Part shown: piece by piece, positions 28,922 to 42,038 of the stretch
Numbering within the stretch: position 1 is the stretch's first letter
Layout of the letters: each line of letters opens with the position of its first letter
NCBI GenBank assembly: GCA_001730085.1
Contig: MDLB01000108.1
Span: 9,119 to 73,118 of the forward strand
Length of the DNA stretch: 64,000 nt
Direction: 5' to 3'
Source: PVC group bacterium (ex Bugula neritina AB1)
Lineage (GTDB): Bacteria; GCA-001730085
Program-made: the position numbers and the translations under genes
The notes under the pieces: generated by a model
The model's input: the letters and a program-made list of their open reading frames with translations, nothing else
Database searches by the model: none
What the model was told of the DNA's origin: nothing

Positions 28922-31900
28922 ATGAGCATAGAAAAAGCTGAAAATATTCGTTCTTATGCGAAGTTGGTTGACAAAGTAAATATTCCATTTTTATTGCATA
29001 CGCAAATGGCTTCTTATGACCATTTTCTTAAAAAAGGTATCAAAGAAGTTTTTAAAGAAGTATTTCCCATTGAAAGCTATGATGAAAACTTTGTTTTGCA
29101 ATTTGTTAAATATCGCTTTGATGCTCCCAAATATGACATTGAGGAATGTCGTAGAAGAGGGTTAACATATGCCTCTGCTCTTAAGGTTCTTCTAAGTTTA
29201 AAATGCCAAGGTGATGATGTTCGAGAACAAGAAATATATCTTGGAGATATACCTCTTATAACAAATACAGGTGGATTTGTCATTAATGGTGCCGAGAGAG
29301 TTGTTGTTAGTCAGTTGCAACGTTCTCCAGGAGTGTTTTTTGAAAAAAAGACACAGCCTAATGAGAAAAGAGTTTTTTCTTCCAAAATTATACCTTATAG
29401 AGGTGCTTGGATAGAATTTGAATTTGATGAAAATGACACTCTTTACATTTATATTGATCGTCGTCGTAAAATGATTGGGACAACTTTTTTTAGAGCCTTA
29501 GGATATGCTACAGATAAAGATATTTTAGAGCTTTTTTACGAAACAGAAGTTATTGATATTTCAAAACTTACGGACTTGTCAAACCTTGTTGGTCGCCGTC
29601 TTTTAGAGCCTATTGCTGATCCTAATACTGGAGAAGTTTATATAGAGACATTGGAGCCTATTCGTTCTGAACAAGCCAAAGCTTTAGTTAAAGCAGGTAT
29701 AAAAGAACTCTCTTTACTCTGTACAGATGGTGATTCTTCTATTATTACAACTTTGCAAAAAGATACAAAAAAGACAGTTGATGATGCGTTGATAGATATT
29801 TTTCGTCGCATGAGACCAGGTGACCCATCTACTGTTGAAAATTCAAAAGGATTGCTTCAGAGATTGTTTTTCGATCCGAAGAGATATGACTTGGCTAAAG
29901 TGGGTCGTTTTAAACTTAACAAGAAATTAGACTTAGATGTTCCTGAAACTCAGACAATTTTGAGAAAACAAGATATTGTTGAGGTTGTTAAGTATTTAAT
30001 AAAGGTTAAAAATGGACAAGGAGCCTTTGATGATATAGATCATTTGGGAAATCGTCGTGTTATAACTGTTGGAGAACTTGTTCAGAATCAATTAAGAATT
30101 GGTCTTGTTAGATTAGAGCGTTCAGTTAGAGAAAGAATGTCTTTGCAAGATGCTGAAAGAATGCTTCCTCATAACCTTATTAATTCAAAAATGGTTTCTG
30201 CGACGGTTAAAGACTTTTTTCAAAGAAGCCAATTGTCTCAGTTTATGGATCAGGTTAATCCGCTTGCTGAATTGACACACAAGAGACGTTTGAGTGCCTT
30301 GGGACCTGGAGGTTTAAGTAGAGAGCGTGCAGGTTTTGAAGTGCGAGATGTTCATCATTCTCATTATGGGCGTATATGTCCTATTGAAACTCCTGAAGGA
30401 CCTAATATTGGGCTTATTTCTTCTCTCGGTACTTATGCTAGGGTTGATCAATATGGTTTTATTGAGACACCTTACTTTAAAGTGGTTGATGGTCAAGTGA
30501 CAAAAGAGTTGGAATACTTATCTGCAGATAGAGAAGATAAGTATGTTGTTGCGCAGGCGAGTACACCTATTGACGAAAATGGTTACTTTGTTGAAAAAGA
30601 AGTTTCTTGTCGATCTCTAGATAATTATCCTATTGTTCCTGCTAAAAAAGTTGACTATATGGATGTTTCGCCTAAACAGCTTGTTTCTCTTGGAACATCT
30701 TTGATTCCTTTTTTAGAGCATGATGATGCGAATAGAGCTTTGATGGGATCGAACATGCAACGACAAGCTGTTCCTCTTTTGGCAACAGATGAACCTTGTG
30801 TTGCGACAGGGATGGAAGCTAAAGCCGCTATCGACTCTGGTGCAGTTATTGTTGCTAAATATTCTGGTAAAGTTGTAAAAGTTGATGCCAGTGAGATTGT
30901 TGTTTCAACGAAAATGTGTGACTATGTCTATAATCTTAGAAAATTTCAGAGGTCTAATGCCGGTACATGTATAAATCAGAGACCATTGGTGAAGTTAGGG
31001 GATAAGGTCAAAAAAGGTGATGTTTTGGCTGATGGTCCTGCCACCGAGAATGGTCGTTTGGCTTTGGGTCGAAATATTCTAGTTGCCTTCATGTCTTGGG
31101 GTGGATATAACTTTGAAGATGCTATTTTGGTGAATGAAAATCTCGTAAAAAATGATGTCTATACCTCTGTCCATATCGAAGAGTTTTCTGTTGAAGCTAG
31201 AGATACGAAGCTTGGAGAAGAGGAAATAACCAGTGATATACCAAGTGTGAATGAGGATGCTTTACGTAATTTAGATAAAGATGGTGTTGTTCGTGTTGGT
31301 GCGGAAGTTTTCCCCGGAGACATGTTGGTTGGGAAGGTTACTCCTAAAACAGAGACGGAGTTAACCCCTGAAGAAAAACTACTGAGAGCTATCTTTGGAG
31401 AGAAAGCTAGTGAAGTTAGAGATGCTTCTTTAACTGTTCCTTCAGGTGTTGAAGGGATTGTTTTAAATACAAAAGTTTTTTCTAGAAAAGAGAAGGATCT
31501 TTCACCAGATCAGCGAGCAGAAGAAAAAGATGCTGCTGATCGGATTGCCAAAGAATATGATCAATCTATTGAAGAAGTTAAACAGTTTCTGCTTGATAGG
31601 TTGGAGGATCTTATTCTTGATCAAAAGCTTGCTGAAAACTTTTCTGATAAAGATAAAAATGTTTTGATTAAAGCGAATAAACCTTTGACTAAAAAAGATC
31701 TTGTACATTTTTTAGATTCAGATATTTCTGAGGTCGCTTTTAAAGATGATCAAAACTTGACAAGTAGTTTTCATATTTTGATGGCGATACAAAAGCAAAG
31801 ATTGGAAGAACTCCGGACACAAAAAGAGAGAGAAGTTGGTCGATTTTTTAGAGGGGATGAATTGCCCCCAGGAGTTATAAAGGTTGTTAAAGTTTATGTT

Positions 31901-32671
31901 GCTTGTACAAGGCGTTTGTCTGTAGGTGATAAAATGGCTGGTCGACATGGGAATAAAGGTGTTGTTGCTAAAATTCTTCCAGAAGAAGAAATGCCATTTC
32001 TTTCAGATGGAACCCCTGTTGATATTATATTAAATCCCTTAGGTGTACCTTCTCGAATGAATTTAGGTCAAATCTTAGAAACACACTTAGGGTTTGCTGC
32101 TAAAAACTTAGGAGTCATCGCTCAAACTCCTATTTTTGACAGTGCCACTGAAGAAAATATTCGAGCTTTGTTGAGAGAGGCTAGGGATACTTTTCCTGAT
32201 AAAGACTATATTGATGAAACAGGAAGCTCGTATCTTTATGATGGTAGAACCGGAGAGCGTTTTTCTCAAAAAGTTACTGTTGGGTATATGTATATGTTGA
32301 AATTGGCACACCTTGTGGATGATAAGATTCATGCTAGGTCTATTGGGCCCTACTCCTTGGTTACACAGCAACCTTTGGGTGGAAAGGCTCAATTTGGTGG
32401 TCAAAGATTTGGAGAAATGGAAGTGTGGGCTTTGGAAGCTTATGGTGCAGCATATGTTCTTCAAGAAATGTTAACTGTAAAAAGTGATGATGTTTTTGGG
32501 CGAGCTAAAATGTATGAATCTATTGTTAAAGGTGAAAATATTTTGAAATGTGGAACACCAGAATCATTCAATGTTCTTATAAAAGAATTGCAAAGTTTGG
32601 CTTTAGATGCTCGTGCGGCCCATCTGGAACAAGTGACCACTTTGGAAGAAAAAGGAGAGTCAAATGAGTAG
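28922..32671 (+). CDS. rpoB: RNA polymerase beta subunit
   Basis: [30 protein letters not shown]. Confidence 0.99.
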   Translation: MSIEKAENIRSYAKLVDKVNIPFLLHTQMASYDHFLKKGIKEVFKEVFPIESYDENFVLQFVKYRFDAPKYDIEECRRRGLTYASALKVLLSLKCQGDDVREQEIYLGDIPLITNTGGFVINGAERVVVSQLQRSPGVFFEKKTQPNEKRVFSSKIIPYRGAWIEFEFDENDTLYIYIDRRRKMIGTTFFRALGYATDKDILELFYETEVIDISKLTDLSNLVGRRLLEPIADPNTGEVYIETLEPIRSEQAKALVKAGIKELSLLCTDGDSSIITTLQKDTKKTVDDALIDIFRRMRPGDPSTVENSKGLLQRLFFDPKRYDLAKVGRFKLNKKLDLDVPETQTILRKQDIVEVVKYLIKVKNGQGAFDDIDHLGNRRVITVGELVQNQLRIGLVRLERSVRERMSLQDAERMLPHNLINSKMVSATVKDFFQRSQLSQFMDQVNPLAELTHKRRLSALGPGGLSRERAGFEVRDVHHSHYGRICPIETPEGPNIGLISSLGTYARVDQYGFIETPYFKVVDGQVTKELEYLSADREDKYVVAQASTPIDENGYFVEKEVSCRSLDNYPIVPAKKVDYMDVSPKQLVSLGTSLIPFLEHDDANRALMGSNMQRQAVPLLATDEPCVATGMEAKAAIDSGAVIVAKYSGKVVKVDASEIVVSTKMCDYVYNLRKFQRSNAGTCINQRPLVKLGDKVKKGDVLADGPATENGRLALGRNILVAFMSWGGYNFEDAILVNENLVKNDVYTSVHIEEFSVEARDTKLGEEEITSDIPSVNEDALRNLDKDGVVRVGAEVFPGDMLVGKVTPKTETELTPEEKLLRAIFGEKASEVRDASLTVPSGVEGIVLNTKVFSRKEKDLSPDQRAEEKDAADRIAKEYDQSIEEVKQFLLDRLEDLILDQKLAENFSDKDKNVLIKANKPLTKKDLVHFLDSDISEVAFKDDQNLTSSFHILMAIQKQRLEELRTQKEREVGRFFRGDELPPGVIKVVKVYVACTRRLSVGDKMAGRHGNKGVVAKILPEEEMPFLSDGTPVDIILNPLGVPSRMNLGQILETHLGFAAKNLGVIAQTPIFDSATEENIRALLREARDTFPDKDYIDETGSSYLYDGRTGERFSQKVTVGYMYMLKLAHLVDDKIHARSIGPYSLVTQQPLGGKAQFGGQRFGEMEVWALEAYGAAYVLQEMLTVKSDDVFGRAKMYESIVKGENILKCGTPESFNVLIKELQSLALDARAAHLEQVTTLEEKGESNE

Positions 32672-35600
32672 CAAGAATGTTAATACTTTTGATTGTGTAA
32701 CAATTGGTTTGGCGTCTCCTGAAAAGATCTTAGACTGGTCTTATGGGGAGGTAAAGAAAACAGAAACAATTAACTATAGGACATTTCGTACAGAAAGAGA
32801 TGGCTTATTTTGTGAAAAAATCTTTGGTCCAAGCAAGGATTGGGAATGTTTCTGTGGAAAATATAAAAGAATTAAACACAAAGGTGTTGTTTGTAGTCGC
32901 TGTGAAGTTGAAGTGACTTTGTCAAAAGTTCGACGAGAGAGAATGGGACATATAAAACTTGTTTCTCCTGTTGTTCACGTCTGGTTTTTTAAGACACCTC
33001 CTAGCCGTTTAGGTACCTTATTGGAAATGTCTTTAAGGTCTTTGGAAAGAGTTATCTATTTTGAAGAAAGAATTGTTTTAGATCCAGGTGAAACTCCTTT
33101 GGAAGAAAAGCAATTGCTTTCAGAAGTAGAATATCAAGATTTTCGTAACAGATACGGGAATGCTTTTAAGGTTGGTATAGGTGCAGAAGCTATTGGAGAG
33201 CTTTTGAAGAAAGTTGATTTAGCTGCAATGTGCGTTAAATTGCGAGATGCTATTGAAAAAACAAACTCTAAGCAAGTTAAGATAAAAATTGCTAAGAGCT
33301 TAGAAGTCGTAGAGTCATTTAGAATGTCTAGTAATAAACCTGAGTGGATGTTGATGGATTTGGTTCCAGTTATTCCTCCTGACTTGAGACCATTGGTTCC
33401 CTTAGATGGTGGTCGTTTCGCTAGTTCAGATCTTAATGATCTTTACAGAAGAGTTATAAATCGTAATAACCGCTTGAAAAGATTGCTATATCTTAAAGCT
33501 CCTGAGGTTATTCTTAATAATGAAAAAAGAATGTTACAAGAAGCTGTTGATGCACTTTTTGATAATGGTAAACATGGTAGACCTGTTCTTGGAGCTGGAA
33601 ATCGCCCATTAAAGTCCTTGAGTGATATGTTAAAAGGTAAGCAAGGTCGTTTCCGTCAAAACCTTTTAGGGAAGCGAGTTGACTATTCTGGAAGATCGGT
33701 TGTAGTTGTTGGCCCAGAGTTAAAACTAGATCAATGTGGGGTCCCAAAGAAAATGGCTTTGGAGCTTTTTGAACCTTTTATTATCCGTCGACTGCGAGAG
33801 AAAGGCTTTGTCCATACGATCAAATCAGCGCGAAAGATGCTTGATTGTGTTCATCCAGAAGTTTGGGATATTCTAGAAGAAGTTATTAAGGAGCACCCTG
33901 TTATGTTGAACAGAGCTCCGACACTTCACCGCTTGGGGATTCAGGCTTTTGAACCTGTTTTAGTCGAAGGGAAAGCTATTAAGGTTCACCCTCTTGTTTG
34001 TACAGCTTTTAATGCAGATTTTGATGGGGATCAAATGGCTATTCATGTGCCTCTATCTTTAGAAGCTCAAATGGAATGTCGTGTTCTGATGTTGTCAAAA
34101 AATAATATTTTTGCTCCTTCTAATGGACATCCCATAACAACTCCTACACAGGATATGGTTTTAGGTATTTATTATCTGACCAAGGATAGATCTGGTTTGA
34201 TTGGAGAAGGTTTGAGCTTTCGTAATTCGAGTGAGGTTCTTTTAGCAAAAGAAGAGAAAGCTGTTGAATTACATACTAAAATCAAAATCCTGCATAAAGG
34301 AAAATTGCTTGATACTACGGTTGGACGGACCATCTTGCAGGACATTTTGCCAGAAGAAATGGACTTTATTGATCATACGGTTGATAAAAAAAGATTGAGT
34401 GGTTTGATCAATGACTGTTATAAGCGTTGTGGACATGATCGAACTGTTCAGCTTTTAGATGATTTGAAAGAAGTTGGTTTTGAGCAGGCAACATTAGCTG
34501 GTGTTTCTATATCTATTGAAAATATTAAGATACCGAATGAAAAGATTGATTATCTAGATGCTGCTCATAAAGAAACTCAAGGCTTAAGAGCTCAGTATCA
34601 GCAGGGTTTGATAACTAATGCTGAGAGGCATAATAAAGTTATCGATATTTGGACAGAAACGACTGAAAATGTTGCTAACACTATGTTCGAAACGATTAAA
34701 GAAGATAAACAAGAAGGTATTCCTCTGAACTCTGTTTATATAATGGCTGATTCAGGAGCTAGAGGTAGTAAGGCTCAGATTCGTCAGTTGGCTGGAATGA
34801 GAGGCTTGATGGCGAAACCTTCTGGAGAAATTATTGAGTTTCCAATAACATCGAACTTTCGTGAAGGTTTAACCGTTTTGGAATACTTTATTTCAACACA
34901 CGGTGCACGAAAAGGTTTGGCAGATACAGCTCTTAAAACAGCCGACTCTGGTTATTTGACTCGTAGGCTTGTTGATGCTGCTCAAGATGTTATTGTTAAA
35001 GAACAGGACTGTAAAACTTTAAATGGGATTCTTATGGATGCTATCGTTGAAGGAGAGAATGTTGTTGTTCCTCTAAAAGATCGTATTGTTGGAAGGATAG
35101 CCCTAGATAATATTGTTGATGTTGTTTCTGATAAGAAAATCGTATCAGTTGGAGATATTATTACAGAAGAAATTGCCGATAAAATTGAAGAGATGGGGAT
35201 AGAGCGTATTAAGATACGTTCAGTTCTTACGTGCGAAATGTATCATGGTATTTGTGCGAAGTGTTATGGGAAAGACTTGGCAAGAGGGTACTTGGTTGAA
35301 CAGGGGACAGCCGTCGGAGTTATTGCGGCCCAGTCGATTGGAGAACCAGGGACACAGCTAACCATGCGTACTTTTCACATTGGAGGTGCTGCAAGTAGAA
35401 TTGTTGAAGAGTCTGAAATCAAGTCAAATAAAAAGGGTTCTATAAAGTACCATAACCTTCGAACAGTAGTTAACAAAGATAAAAAAATAGTTGTTTTGAA
35501 CCGGAATGCAGAAGTTACCATTTCTGATGATGAGAGTCGGGTTCTGCAACGTCATTTGATTCCTGCTGGTGCTTTTTTACACTTTTCAGAGGGCGACCAA

Positions 35601-36695
35601 ATAGAAAGAGGTGATATTTTAGCAGAATGGGATTCTCATTCATTGCCGATGGTGACCGAGGTTGCTGGAAAAATTCGATTCGAAGATATTATTAAAGATG
35701 TTACTATGCATATGGAGAAAGATCCAGTTACAGGTGTTGTTGAAATCGTTATTCTTGAGCATCGAGAAGATTTATATCCTCAAATTTTTGTTGAAAGTGA
35801 TGAAGGTGAATCTCTAGGGGTATATAGTATCCCTGCAGGAGCTCATATTTTAGTGAAGGATGGGGATATGGTTCAAGCTGGTGATATTTTGGCGAAAACA
35901 ACAAGGCAGGCTTCCCGTACGCGAGATATTACTGGGGGGCTCCCTCGAGTTGCAGAGCTATTTGAGGCGCGGAAACCTAAAAATCCAGCTATTATAGCGG
36001 AGATTTCTGGAACTGTTGACTTTGCTGGATATGCTAAGGGTATGCGTAAGATCATAGTTAATGGTGAAACAGGAACACAAAAAGAATATCTTATTCCTTA
36101 CAGTAAACACTTGTTAGTTTATAAAGGTGATCATATTCACGCGGGAGAGCCTTTGACAGATGGCCCTATTGCTCCTCACGATATTCTTAGGGTTAGAGGT
36201 GATAGAGCGTTACAAGACTACCTTGTTAATGAAATACAAGAGGTTTATCGTCTTCAGGGTGTTACCATTAATGATAAACATATTGAGGTGATTGTGCGTC
36301 AAATGTTAAAGAAAGTTCGTATAGAGGACTCAGGAGATACCTCTCTTCTTGTTGGAGCTCATGCTGATAAAATGAAGTTTAAACAAGAAAATGAGAAAGC
36401 TATTGAAGCTGGAAAAAGACCTGCTCGTGCTGAACAAATTTTACTGGGGATCACAAAAACTTCTTTGAATACTGAAAGTTTTATTTCTGCAGCTTCTTTT
36501 CAAGAAACAACAAAAGTCTTGACACGTGCTGCAGCTGCGGGACAAGTCGATCAATTGATTGGTTTGAAAGAGAATGTGATTATGGGACATTTGGTTCCAG
36601 CTGGAACAGGTTATAAAACGGTGGAAGTTCATCAATCTCTTTTTCCTTCTTCGGATAAGTTGAAGGAAGATAAAGAAAGTGATAAATTATCCTAA
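32664..36695 (+). CDS. rpoC: RNA polymerase beta' subunit
   Basis: NADFDGD catalytic motif, N-terminal Zn finger, [13 protein letters not shown]. Confidence 0.99.
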   Translation: MSSKNVNTFDCVTIGLASPEKILDWSYGEVKKTETINYRTFRTERDGLFCEKIFGPSKDWECFCGKYKRIKHKGVVCSRCEVEVTLSKVRRERMGHIKLVSPVVHVWFFKTPPSRLGTLLEMSLRSLERVIYFEERIVLDPGETPLEEKQLLSEVEYQDFRNRYGNAFKVGIGAEAIGELLKKVDLAAMCVKLRDAIEKTNSKQVKIKIAKSLEVVESFRMSSNKPEWMLMDLVPVIPPDLRPLVPLDGGRFASSDLNDLYRRVINRNNRLKRLLYLKAPEVILNNEKRMLQEAVDALFDNGKHGRPVLGAGNRPLKSLSDMLKGKQGRFRQNLLGKRVDYSGRSVVVVGPELKLDQCGVPKKMALELFEPFIIRRLREKGFVHTIKSARKMLDCVHPEVWDILEEVIKEHPVMLNRAPTLHRLGIQAFEPVLVEGKAIKVHPLVCTAFNADFDGDQMAIHVPLSLEAQMECRVLMLSKNNIFAPSNGHPITTPTQDMVLGIYYLTKDRSGLIGEGLSFRNSSEVLLAKEEKAVELHTKIKILHKGKLLDTTVGRTILQDILPEEMDFIDHTVDKKRLSGLINDCYKRCGHDRTVQLLDDLKEVGFEQATLAGVSISIENIKIPNEKIDYLDAAHKETQGLRAQYQQGLITNAERHNKVIDIWTETTENVANTMFETIKEDKQEGIPLNSVYIMADSGARGSKAQIRQLAGMRGLMAKPSGEIIEFPITSNFREGLTVLEYFISTHGARKGLADTALKTADSGYLTRRLVDAAQDVIVKEQDCKTLNGILMDAIVEGENVVVPLKDRIVGRIALDNIVDVVSDKKIVSVGDIITEEIADKIEEMGIERIKIRSVLTCEMYHGICAKCYGKDLARGYLVEQGTAVGVIAAQSIGEPGTQLTMRTFHIGGAASRIVEESEIKSNKKGSIKYHNLRTVVNKDKKIVVLNRNAEVTISDDESRVLQRHLIPAGAFLHFSEGDQIERGDILAEWDSHSLPMVTEVAGKIRFEDIIKDVTMHMEKDPVTGVVEIVILEHREDLYPQIFVESDEGESLGVYSIPAGAHILVKDGDMVQAGDILAKTTRQASRTRDITGGLPRVAELFEARKPKNPAIIAEISGTVDFAGYAKGMRKIIVNGETGTQKEYLIPYSKHLLVYKGDHIHAGEPLTDGPIAPHDILRVRGDRALQDYLVNEIQEVYRLQGVTINDKHIEVIVRQMLKKVRIEDSGDTSLLVGAHADKMKFKQENEKAIEAGKRPARAEQILLGITKTSLNTESFISAASFQETTKVLTRAAAAGQVDQLIGLKENVIMGHLVPAGTGYKTVEVHQSLFPSSDKLKEDKESDKLS

Positions 36696-36725
36696 AAAAG
36701 TTTGACAATAAGAAAGGGGTATCAT

Positions 36726-37097
36726 ATGCCTACAATTAACCAACTGGTTCGCAAGGGAAGAAAAAGAACCTTTACTAAAAAGAAGTCACCAGCTTTGGAA
36801 GGGTGTGCCTTTAAAAGGGGAGTTTGTTTGCAAGTTAAAACAGCGACACCGAAAAAGCCTAACTCGGCATTGAGAAAAATAGCTAGGGTAAGAATCTCTA
36901 ATGGAATGGAAGTTACAGCTTATATTCCAGGTGAAGGTCATAATTTGCAAGAACACTCAATTGTTTTATTGAAGGGTGGTCGTCGTTTGGATTTACCAGG
37001 TGTTAGATATATTGTTGTGAGGGGAGCTTTAGATACAGCCGGTGTGACGGATAGGAAGACGAGCCGTTCTTTGTATGGTTTGAAGAAACCCAAGTAA
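36726..37097 (+). CDS. rpsL: 30S ribosomal protein S12
   Basis: [28 protein letters not shown]; atypical [12 protein letters not shown]. Confidence 0.98.
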   Translation: MPTINQLVRKGRKRTFTKKKSPALEGCAFKRGVCLQVKTATPKKPNSALRKIARVRISNGMEVTAYIPGEGHNLQEHSIVLLKGGRRLDLPGVRYIVVRGALDTAGVTDRKTSRSLYGLKKPK

Positions 37098-37123
37098 AAA
37101 TTATTATAGGAGATTAGTCGTAT

Positions 37124-37597
37124 ATGTCTAGACGTAGAGCGGTTGTTAAGAGAGAGGTTTTACCTGATCCCAAGTTTTGTAGTAAAAAAGTTTCTAAGTT
37201 CATAAACATGATTATGTTAAACGGCAAAAAGAGTTTGGCCGAAAAAATTGTTTATGCGGCGTTGGATATTTTGGACGCTAAGGTTAAAGATGAAACACCA
37301 TTGGAAGTTTTTGAAACTTCTTTGAAAAATGTTAGTCCTCAGTTGGAAGTGAAGTCTCGACGTGTAGGAGGGGCTACATATCAAGTGCCTTGTGAAGTTA
37401 TTCCACATAGGTCTTTGGGTTTAGCTATGAGGTGGATCATTTCTCACTCTCGCTCACGTGCAGGTCAGAATATGCAAGAAAAATTAGCAGCAGAATTACT
37501 AGATGCCTATAATGGCACGGGTGCTTCTATTAAAAAGAAAGATGACACACATAAGATGGCAGAAGCCAACAAAGCTTTCGCGCATTTTCGCTGGTAA
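37124..37597 (+). CDS. rpsG: 30S ribosomal protein S7
   Basis: [27 protein letters not shown]. Confidence 0.98.
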   Translation: MSRRRAVVKREVLPDPKFCSKKVSKFINMIMLNGKKSLAEKIVYAALDILDAKVKDETPLEVFETSLKNVSPQLEVKSRRVGGATYQVPCEVIPHRSLGLAMRWIISHSRSRAGQNMQEKLAAELLDAYNGTGASIKKKDDTHKMAEANKAFAHFRW

Positions 37598-37630
37598 TTT
37601 TAAAACGGATACCAAGATGGAGAAAATTTT

Positions 37631-39703
37631 ATGAGTAGTGACTTAAAAAAAGTCAGAAACGTGGGTATTATGGCCCATATTGACGCCGGAAAGACAACCA
37701 CAACCGAAAGAATTTTATATTACACAGGTCGTTCTCACAAGATTGGTGAGGTTCATGATGGTAACGCCACAATGGACTGGATGGAGCAAGAGCAAGAGAG
37801 AGGAATAACAATTACCTCTGCTGCGACAACTTGTTTTTGGGGAGATACTCGGATTAACATAATAGATACCCCTGGACACGTTGACTTTACGGTTGAAGTT
37901 GAGAGATCCTTGAGGGTTTTAGATGGATCTGTTGCTGTTTTTTGTGCTGTTGGTGGTGTTGAGCCTCAGTCAGAAACCGTTTGGAGACAAGCTGATCAGT
38001 ATGGTGTTCCTAGGATAGCTTTTATCAATAAAATGGACCGTTCTGGAGCTGATTTTTTTAATGCGTTTAAAACAATTCGTGAACGTTTAGGAGCTAATCC
38101 TGTAGCTATTCAGCTTCCAATAGGTGCCGAGAATGATTTTCAAGGAGTGATTGACTTAGTCGAGCAACAAGAAATCATATATCAGGGGGATGATCTTGGT
38201 GCAACATTCGAAAAGAAAGATATTTCAGATGCTTATCTTGAGCAAGTCGAGAAGTATCGAGGGATAATGTTGGAATCTTTGGCGGAAGAAGATGAAGACT
38301 TTATGGAAAAGTTTTTGGAAGGAGAAGAGTTATCTACTGCTTATATAAAAGAAACTATACGAAAACTTACTTTGGCCAATAAGATTAATCCTGTTCTTTG
38401 TGGTAGTGCCTTTAAGAACAAAGGTGTTCAAATGTTGCTTGATGCGGTTGTTGATTTTTTACCTTCACCTATTGATATTCCTGCGATAAAAGGTGTTGAT
38501 GCGATGGATGCAGAGATTGAGATTGAAAGAAAACCCGATCCTAAAGAATCTTTTTCTGCTTTGGCTTTTAAAATCATGACAGACCCTTATGTGGGACGTC
38601 TTATATTTATCCGTGTCTACTCAGGTGAATTGAAGTCAGGTTCTTATGTTTATAATTCTGTTTCAGGAACAAAAGAAAGAATCGGTCGTATTTTGGAAAT
38701 GCATGCCAATAATCGTAATGAAATTGAAACAGTTTCTGCAGGAAATATTGCGGCGGTTGTTGGTTTGAAAAAGACCAAAACAGGAGACACTTTGTGTGAT
38801 GAAGACTCTAAAGTGATTCTTGAATCTATGGACTTTCCTGAATCGGTTATTTCGATGGCTATTGAGCCTAAGACTAAGGCGGATAGGGATAAGCTTGCAG
38901 AGGCGATGCAGCGTTTAGCTGAAGAAGATCCTACGTTTAGAGTTTCTTCCGACCATGAAACAGGTCAGACGATTATTTCAGGTATGGGAGAGTTACACTT
39001 AGAGGTTATTAAAGATAGGATGTTTCGCGAATTTAAAGTTGAAGCGAATGTTGGTAAACCTCAAGTTGCTTACAAGGAAACTATAACAAGTAAAGTTGAT
39101 ATTGAAGGTAAGCATATACAGCAAAGTGGTGGACGAGGTCAATACGGGCACGTTAAAATGATTGTCGAGCCTCAGGAAAGCGGTAAAGGTTTTGAATTTG
39201 AAAATAAAATCGTTGGTGGATCTATCCCTAAAGAATATATTCCTGCTGTGGAAAAAGGTATAGTTGGTGCTATGGATAATGGGGTTTTAGCTGGTTATCC
39301 TGTCGTCGATGTTAAAGTGACTTTATATGATGGATCTTTTCACGATGTGGATTCTTCTGAAATGGCTTTTCAAATTGCTGGTTCTAAGGGATTTAAAGAG
39401 GCCTGTCGTAAAGCTAATCCTATTTTGCTGGAACCTATCATGAAAGTTGAAGTTGTAACTCCAGAAGAGTATATGGGAGATGTTATTGGAGACATGAACT
39501 CACGTAGAGGAAGAGTTGAATCTATGGAAGATAAAGGTGCTGCTAAATCTGTGAGAGCAGAAGTTCCTTTAGCGAGTATGTTTGGATATGCAACTTCATT
39601 AAGATCTTTGTCTTCTGGTAGAGCAAGTTTTTCAATGGAACCATACTGTTATCGTCAGGTGCCTAAAAACGTGCAAGAAGAAATAGTTTCTGCAGATTCT
39701 TGA
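37631..39703 (+). CDS. fusA: Elongation factor G
   Basis: [39 protein letters not shown]. Confidence 0.99.
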   Translation: MSSDLKKVRNVGIMAHIDAGKTTTTERILYYTGRSHKIGEVHDGNATMDWMEQEQERGITITSAATTCFWGDTRINIIDTPGHVDFTVEVERSLRVLDGSVAVFCAVGGVEPQSETVWRQADQYGVPRIAFINKMDRSGADFFNAFKTIRERLGANPVAIQLPIGAENDFQGVIDLVEQQEIIYQGDDLGATFEKKDISDAYLEQVEKYRGIMLESLAEEDEDFMEKFLEGEELSTAYIKETIRKLTLANKINPVLCGSAFKNKGVQMLLDAVVDFLPSPIDIPAIKGVDAMDAEIEIERKPDPKESFSALAFKIMTDPYVGRLIFIRVYSGELKSGSYVYNSVSGTKERIGRILEMHANNRNEIETVSAGNIAAVVGLKKTKTGDTLCDEDSKVILESMDFPESVISMAIEPKTKADRDKLAEAMQRLAEEDPTFRVSSDHETGQTIISGMGELHLEVIKDRMFREFKVEANVGKPQVAYKETITSKVDIEGKHIQQSGGRGQYGHVKMIVEPQESGKGFEFENKIVGGSIPKEYIPAVEKGIVGAMDNGVLAGYPVVDVKVTLYDGSFHDVDSSEMAFQIAGSKGFKEACRKANPILLEPIMKVEVVTPEEYMGDVIGDMNSRRGRVESMEDKGAAKSVRAEVPLASMFGYATSLRSLSSGRASFSMEPYCYRQVPKNVQEEIVSADS

Positions 39704-39788
39704 TTTTAAATTTGTACTTTTTGCCGCCATTAGTGCTGCTTTTTTTGGTACAATAAGAAGTTAAAAAAAATATTCAGATGAAAAACAG

Positions 39789-39816
39789 TTGACATTTAAA
39801 AAGTTTTTGATATAAT
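39789..39816 (+). promoter_or_regulatory. Near-consensus sigma70 promoter upstream of second tuf and S10 cluster
   Basis: TTGACA-16 bp-TATAAT with extended -10 TG. Confidence 0.75.
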
Positions 39817-39872
39817 TTTTTTTCTGTTTTTCTGTTTTTCGTTTGTGATCAATTTAAAGAAAGGAGCCAACT

Positions 39873-41066
39873 GTGGCAAAAGAAAAATTTGAACGTACTA
39901 AACCTCATGTGAATGTTGGGACTATAGGTCACGTTGATCACGGCAAGACAACTTTGACAGCAGCTTTAACAACTGTTTTAGGCAAAGAAGGTCTAGCGGA
40001 AACACGTTCCTTTGACTCTATAGATAATGCCCCAGAAGAACGAGAAAGAGGTATAACGATTGCTACAGCTCATGTTGAGTATGAAAGTTCCAATCGACAT
40101 TATGCCCATGTAGACTGCCCAGGTCACGCTGATTATGTTAAAAATATGATCACAGGTGCAGCTCAGATGGATGGAGCGATTTTGGTTGTTTCAGCGGCTG
40201 ACGGCCCAATGCCTCAAACAAGAGAGCATATATTATTGGCTGGACAGGTCGGTGTTCCTTATATCGTCGTTTTTATGAATAAAGTAGATCAAGTTGACGA
40301 TCCTGAACTATTGGACTTGGTTGAGTTAGAAATTAGAGAACTTTTGAGTAAATATAATTTTCCTGGAGATGACATTCCTGTTGTTCGTGGAAGTGCTTTA
40401 GGAGCTTTAAATAATTTGACAGATGCTGAAGCTACTAAGCCTATTTTAGAGTTGGTTGCAGCTATTGATGAATATGTTCCAACACCAGTTAGAGATATTG
40501 ATAAACCTTCTCTTGTTTCAATAGAAGATGTTTTCTCTATAAGTGGTAGAGGAACTGTTGCTACTGGTCGTATTGAACAAGGTGTTGTGAAAGTCGGTGA
40601 CAGTGTTGAAATTGTTGGAATTAAAGAAGAAATTCAAAAAACAACAGTTACAGGTGTTGAGATGTTTCGCAAGGAAATGGACCAGGGAGAAGCAGGTGAT
40701 AATGTAGGCCTACTGCTAAGAGGTATTGAGAAGGATGATATCGAAAGAGGACAGGTTATTGCTGCTCCTGGATCAATAACGCCTCATACCAAGTTTAAGG
40801 CAGAAGTTTATATTTTGAAAAAAGAAGAAGGTGGAAGACATACGCCTTTCTTTAAAGGGTATCGCCCACAGTTTTATTTTAGAACGACAGATATTACTGG
40901 ACAGGTTATTTTGCCAGAAGGTGTTGAAATGGTTATGCCTGGGGATAATATAAGTATTGAAGTTCATATTATAAATCCCGTAGCGATGGAAAAAGAATTG
41001 CGCTTTGCTATTCGTGAAGGTGGACGAACAGTTGGGGCAGGGGTTATTTCGGAGATAATTGAGTAA
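39873..41066 (+). CDS. tuf: Elongation factor Tu (copy 2, tufA position)
   Basis: Full EF-Tu motifs; GTG start after AAGGAG; follows fusA. Confidence 0.99.
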   Translation: MAKEKFERTKPHVNVGTIGHVDHGKTTLTAALTTVLGKEGLAETRSFDSIDNAPEERERGITIATAHVEYESSNRHYAHVDCPGHADYVKNMITGAAQMDGAILVVSAADGPMPQTREHILLAGQVGVPYIVVFMNKVDQVDDPELLDLVELEIRELLSKYNFPGDDIPVVRGSALGALNNLTDAEATKPILELVAAIDEYVPTPVRDIDKPSLVSIEDVFSISGRGTVATGRIEQGVVKVGDSVEIVGIKEEIQKTTVTGVEMFRKEMDQGEAGDNVGLLLRGIEKDDIERGQVIAAPGSITPHTKFKAEVYILKKEEGGRHTPFFKGYRPQFYFRTTDITGQVILPEGVEMVMPGDNISIEVHIINPVAMEKELRFAIREGGRTVGAGVISEIIE

Positions 41067-41371
41067 TGGCTGATAAAATTCGTATTCGCTTAAAAGGTTT
41101 TGATCATAAGTTGTTGGATCAATCTACTTCTGAAATTGTTGAGAGGGTTAAGACGAGTGGAGCAAAAATACTTGGCCCAGTTCCTCTTCCTGTGAAAAGG
41201 GAAAGATATTGTGTTTTAAGATCGCCTCACGTCCATAAAAAATCTCGTGAGATTTTTGAATTGAGGACGTACAAAAGATTACTTGATATTATAGCTCCAA
41301 CATCTAAAACGATGGACTCTTTGATGAAATTAGATCTACCTGCTGGGGTAGATATTGAGATAAAAGTTTAA
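41066..41371 (+). CDS. rpsJ: 30S ribosomal protein S10
   Basis: [27 protein letters not shown]; TAATG overlap with tuf. Confidence 0.98.
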   Translation: MADKIRIRLKGFDHKLLDQSTSEIVERVKTSGAKILGPVPLPVKRERYCVLRSPHVHKKSREIFELRTYKRLLDIIAPTSKTMDSLMKLDLPAGVDIEIKV

Positions 41372-41390
41372 AAGAGAGGTTTCTTGAAAA

Positions 41391-42032
41391 ATGATCGGTG
41401 TTTGTGGAAAAAAACTTGGAATGACTCGACTCTATAATGCTTTGGGTGAAGTTCTTCCTGTTACAGTTGTTGAGGCTCTTTCGGGAGTTGTTATTCGCAA
41501 GAAATTTATCGATAAAGATGGATATGACGCGGTACAGGTAGGTTATGGTGATAAAAAAAAGAGCAATTTGAATAAACCTGATAAAGGTTATTTCGCTAAG
41601 CAAAATTTAAAGCCAAAAGATCTTTTGAGAGAGTTTAAAGTTGACAACATTGATGAGTTTGAGGTTGGACAGGTTCTTGATACTAAAGATTTATTTTCTA
41701 CTGGTTCTTTTGTAGATGTTACAGGAACGAGTAAGGGTAAAGGATTTGCAGGTGTTATAAAAAGGCACGGGTTCTCTCGTGGGCCAGAAACACATGGAAG
41801 TCGTCACCATAGAGAGCCTGGTTCGGTTGGGAGTACTGGTCCTTCTAGAGTTTTTAAAGGTAAGAAGTTGCCTGGAAGAAAAGGGAATAAAGCTGTTACG
41901 GTTCAAAATTTAAAAGTAGTTAAAGTTGATCCTCAAGCACAGTTGATTTATCTTGTGGGTGCTGTTCCTGGTAATCGTTTTGGCTGGGTAACTATAAAAC
42001 CTGCGGTAAAAAAACAAAAAGATGTGGAGTAA
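41391..42032 (+). CDS. rplC: 50S ribosomal protein L3
   Basis: KKLGMT, DGYDAVQVG, SKGKGFAGVIKRH. Confidence 0.98.
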   Translation: MIGVCGKKLGMTRLYNALGEVLPVTVVEALSGVVIRKKFIDKDGYDAVQVGYGDKKKSNLNKPDKGYFAKQNLKPKDLLREFKVDNIDEFEVGQVLDTKDLFSTGSFVDVTGTSKGKGFAGVIKRHGFSRGPETHGSRHHREPGSVGSTGPSRVFKGKKLPGRKGNKAVTVQNLKVVKVDPQAQLIYLVGAVPGNRFGWVTIKPAVKKQKDVE

Positions 42033-42038
42033 ATTTAA

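Noticed and set aside
30215-30320. Rifampicin-resistant RpoB
   Set aside because: Residues equivalent to Q513, D516, H526 and S531 are wild type
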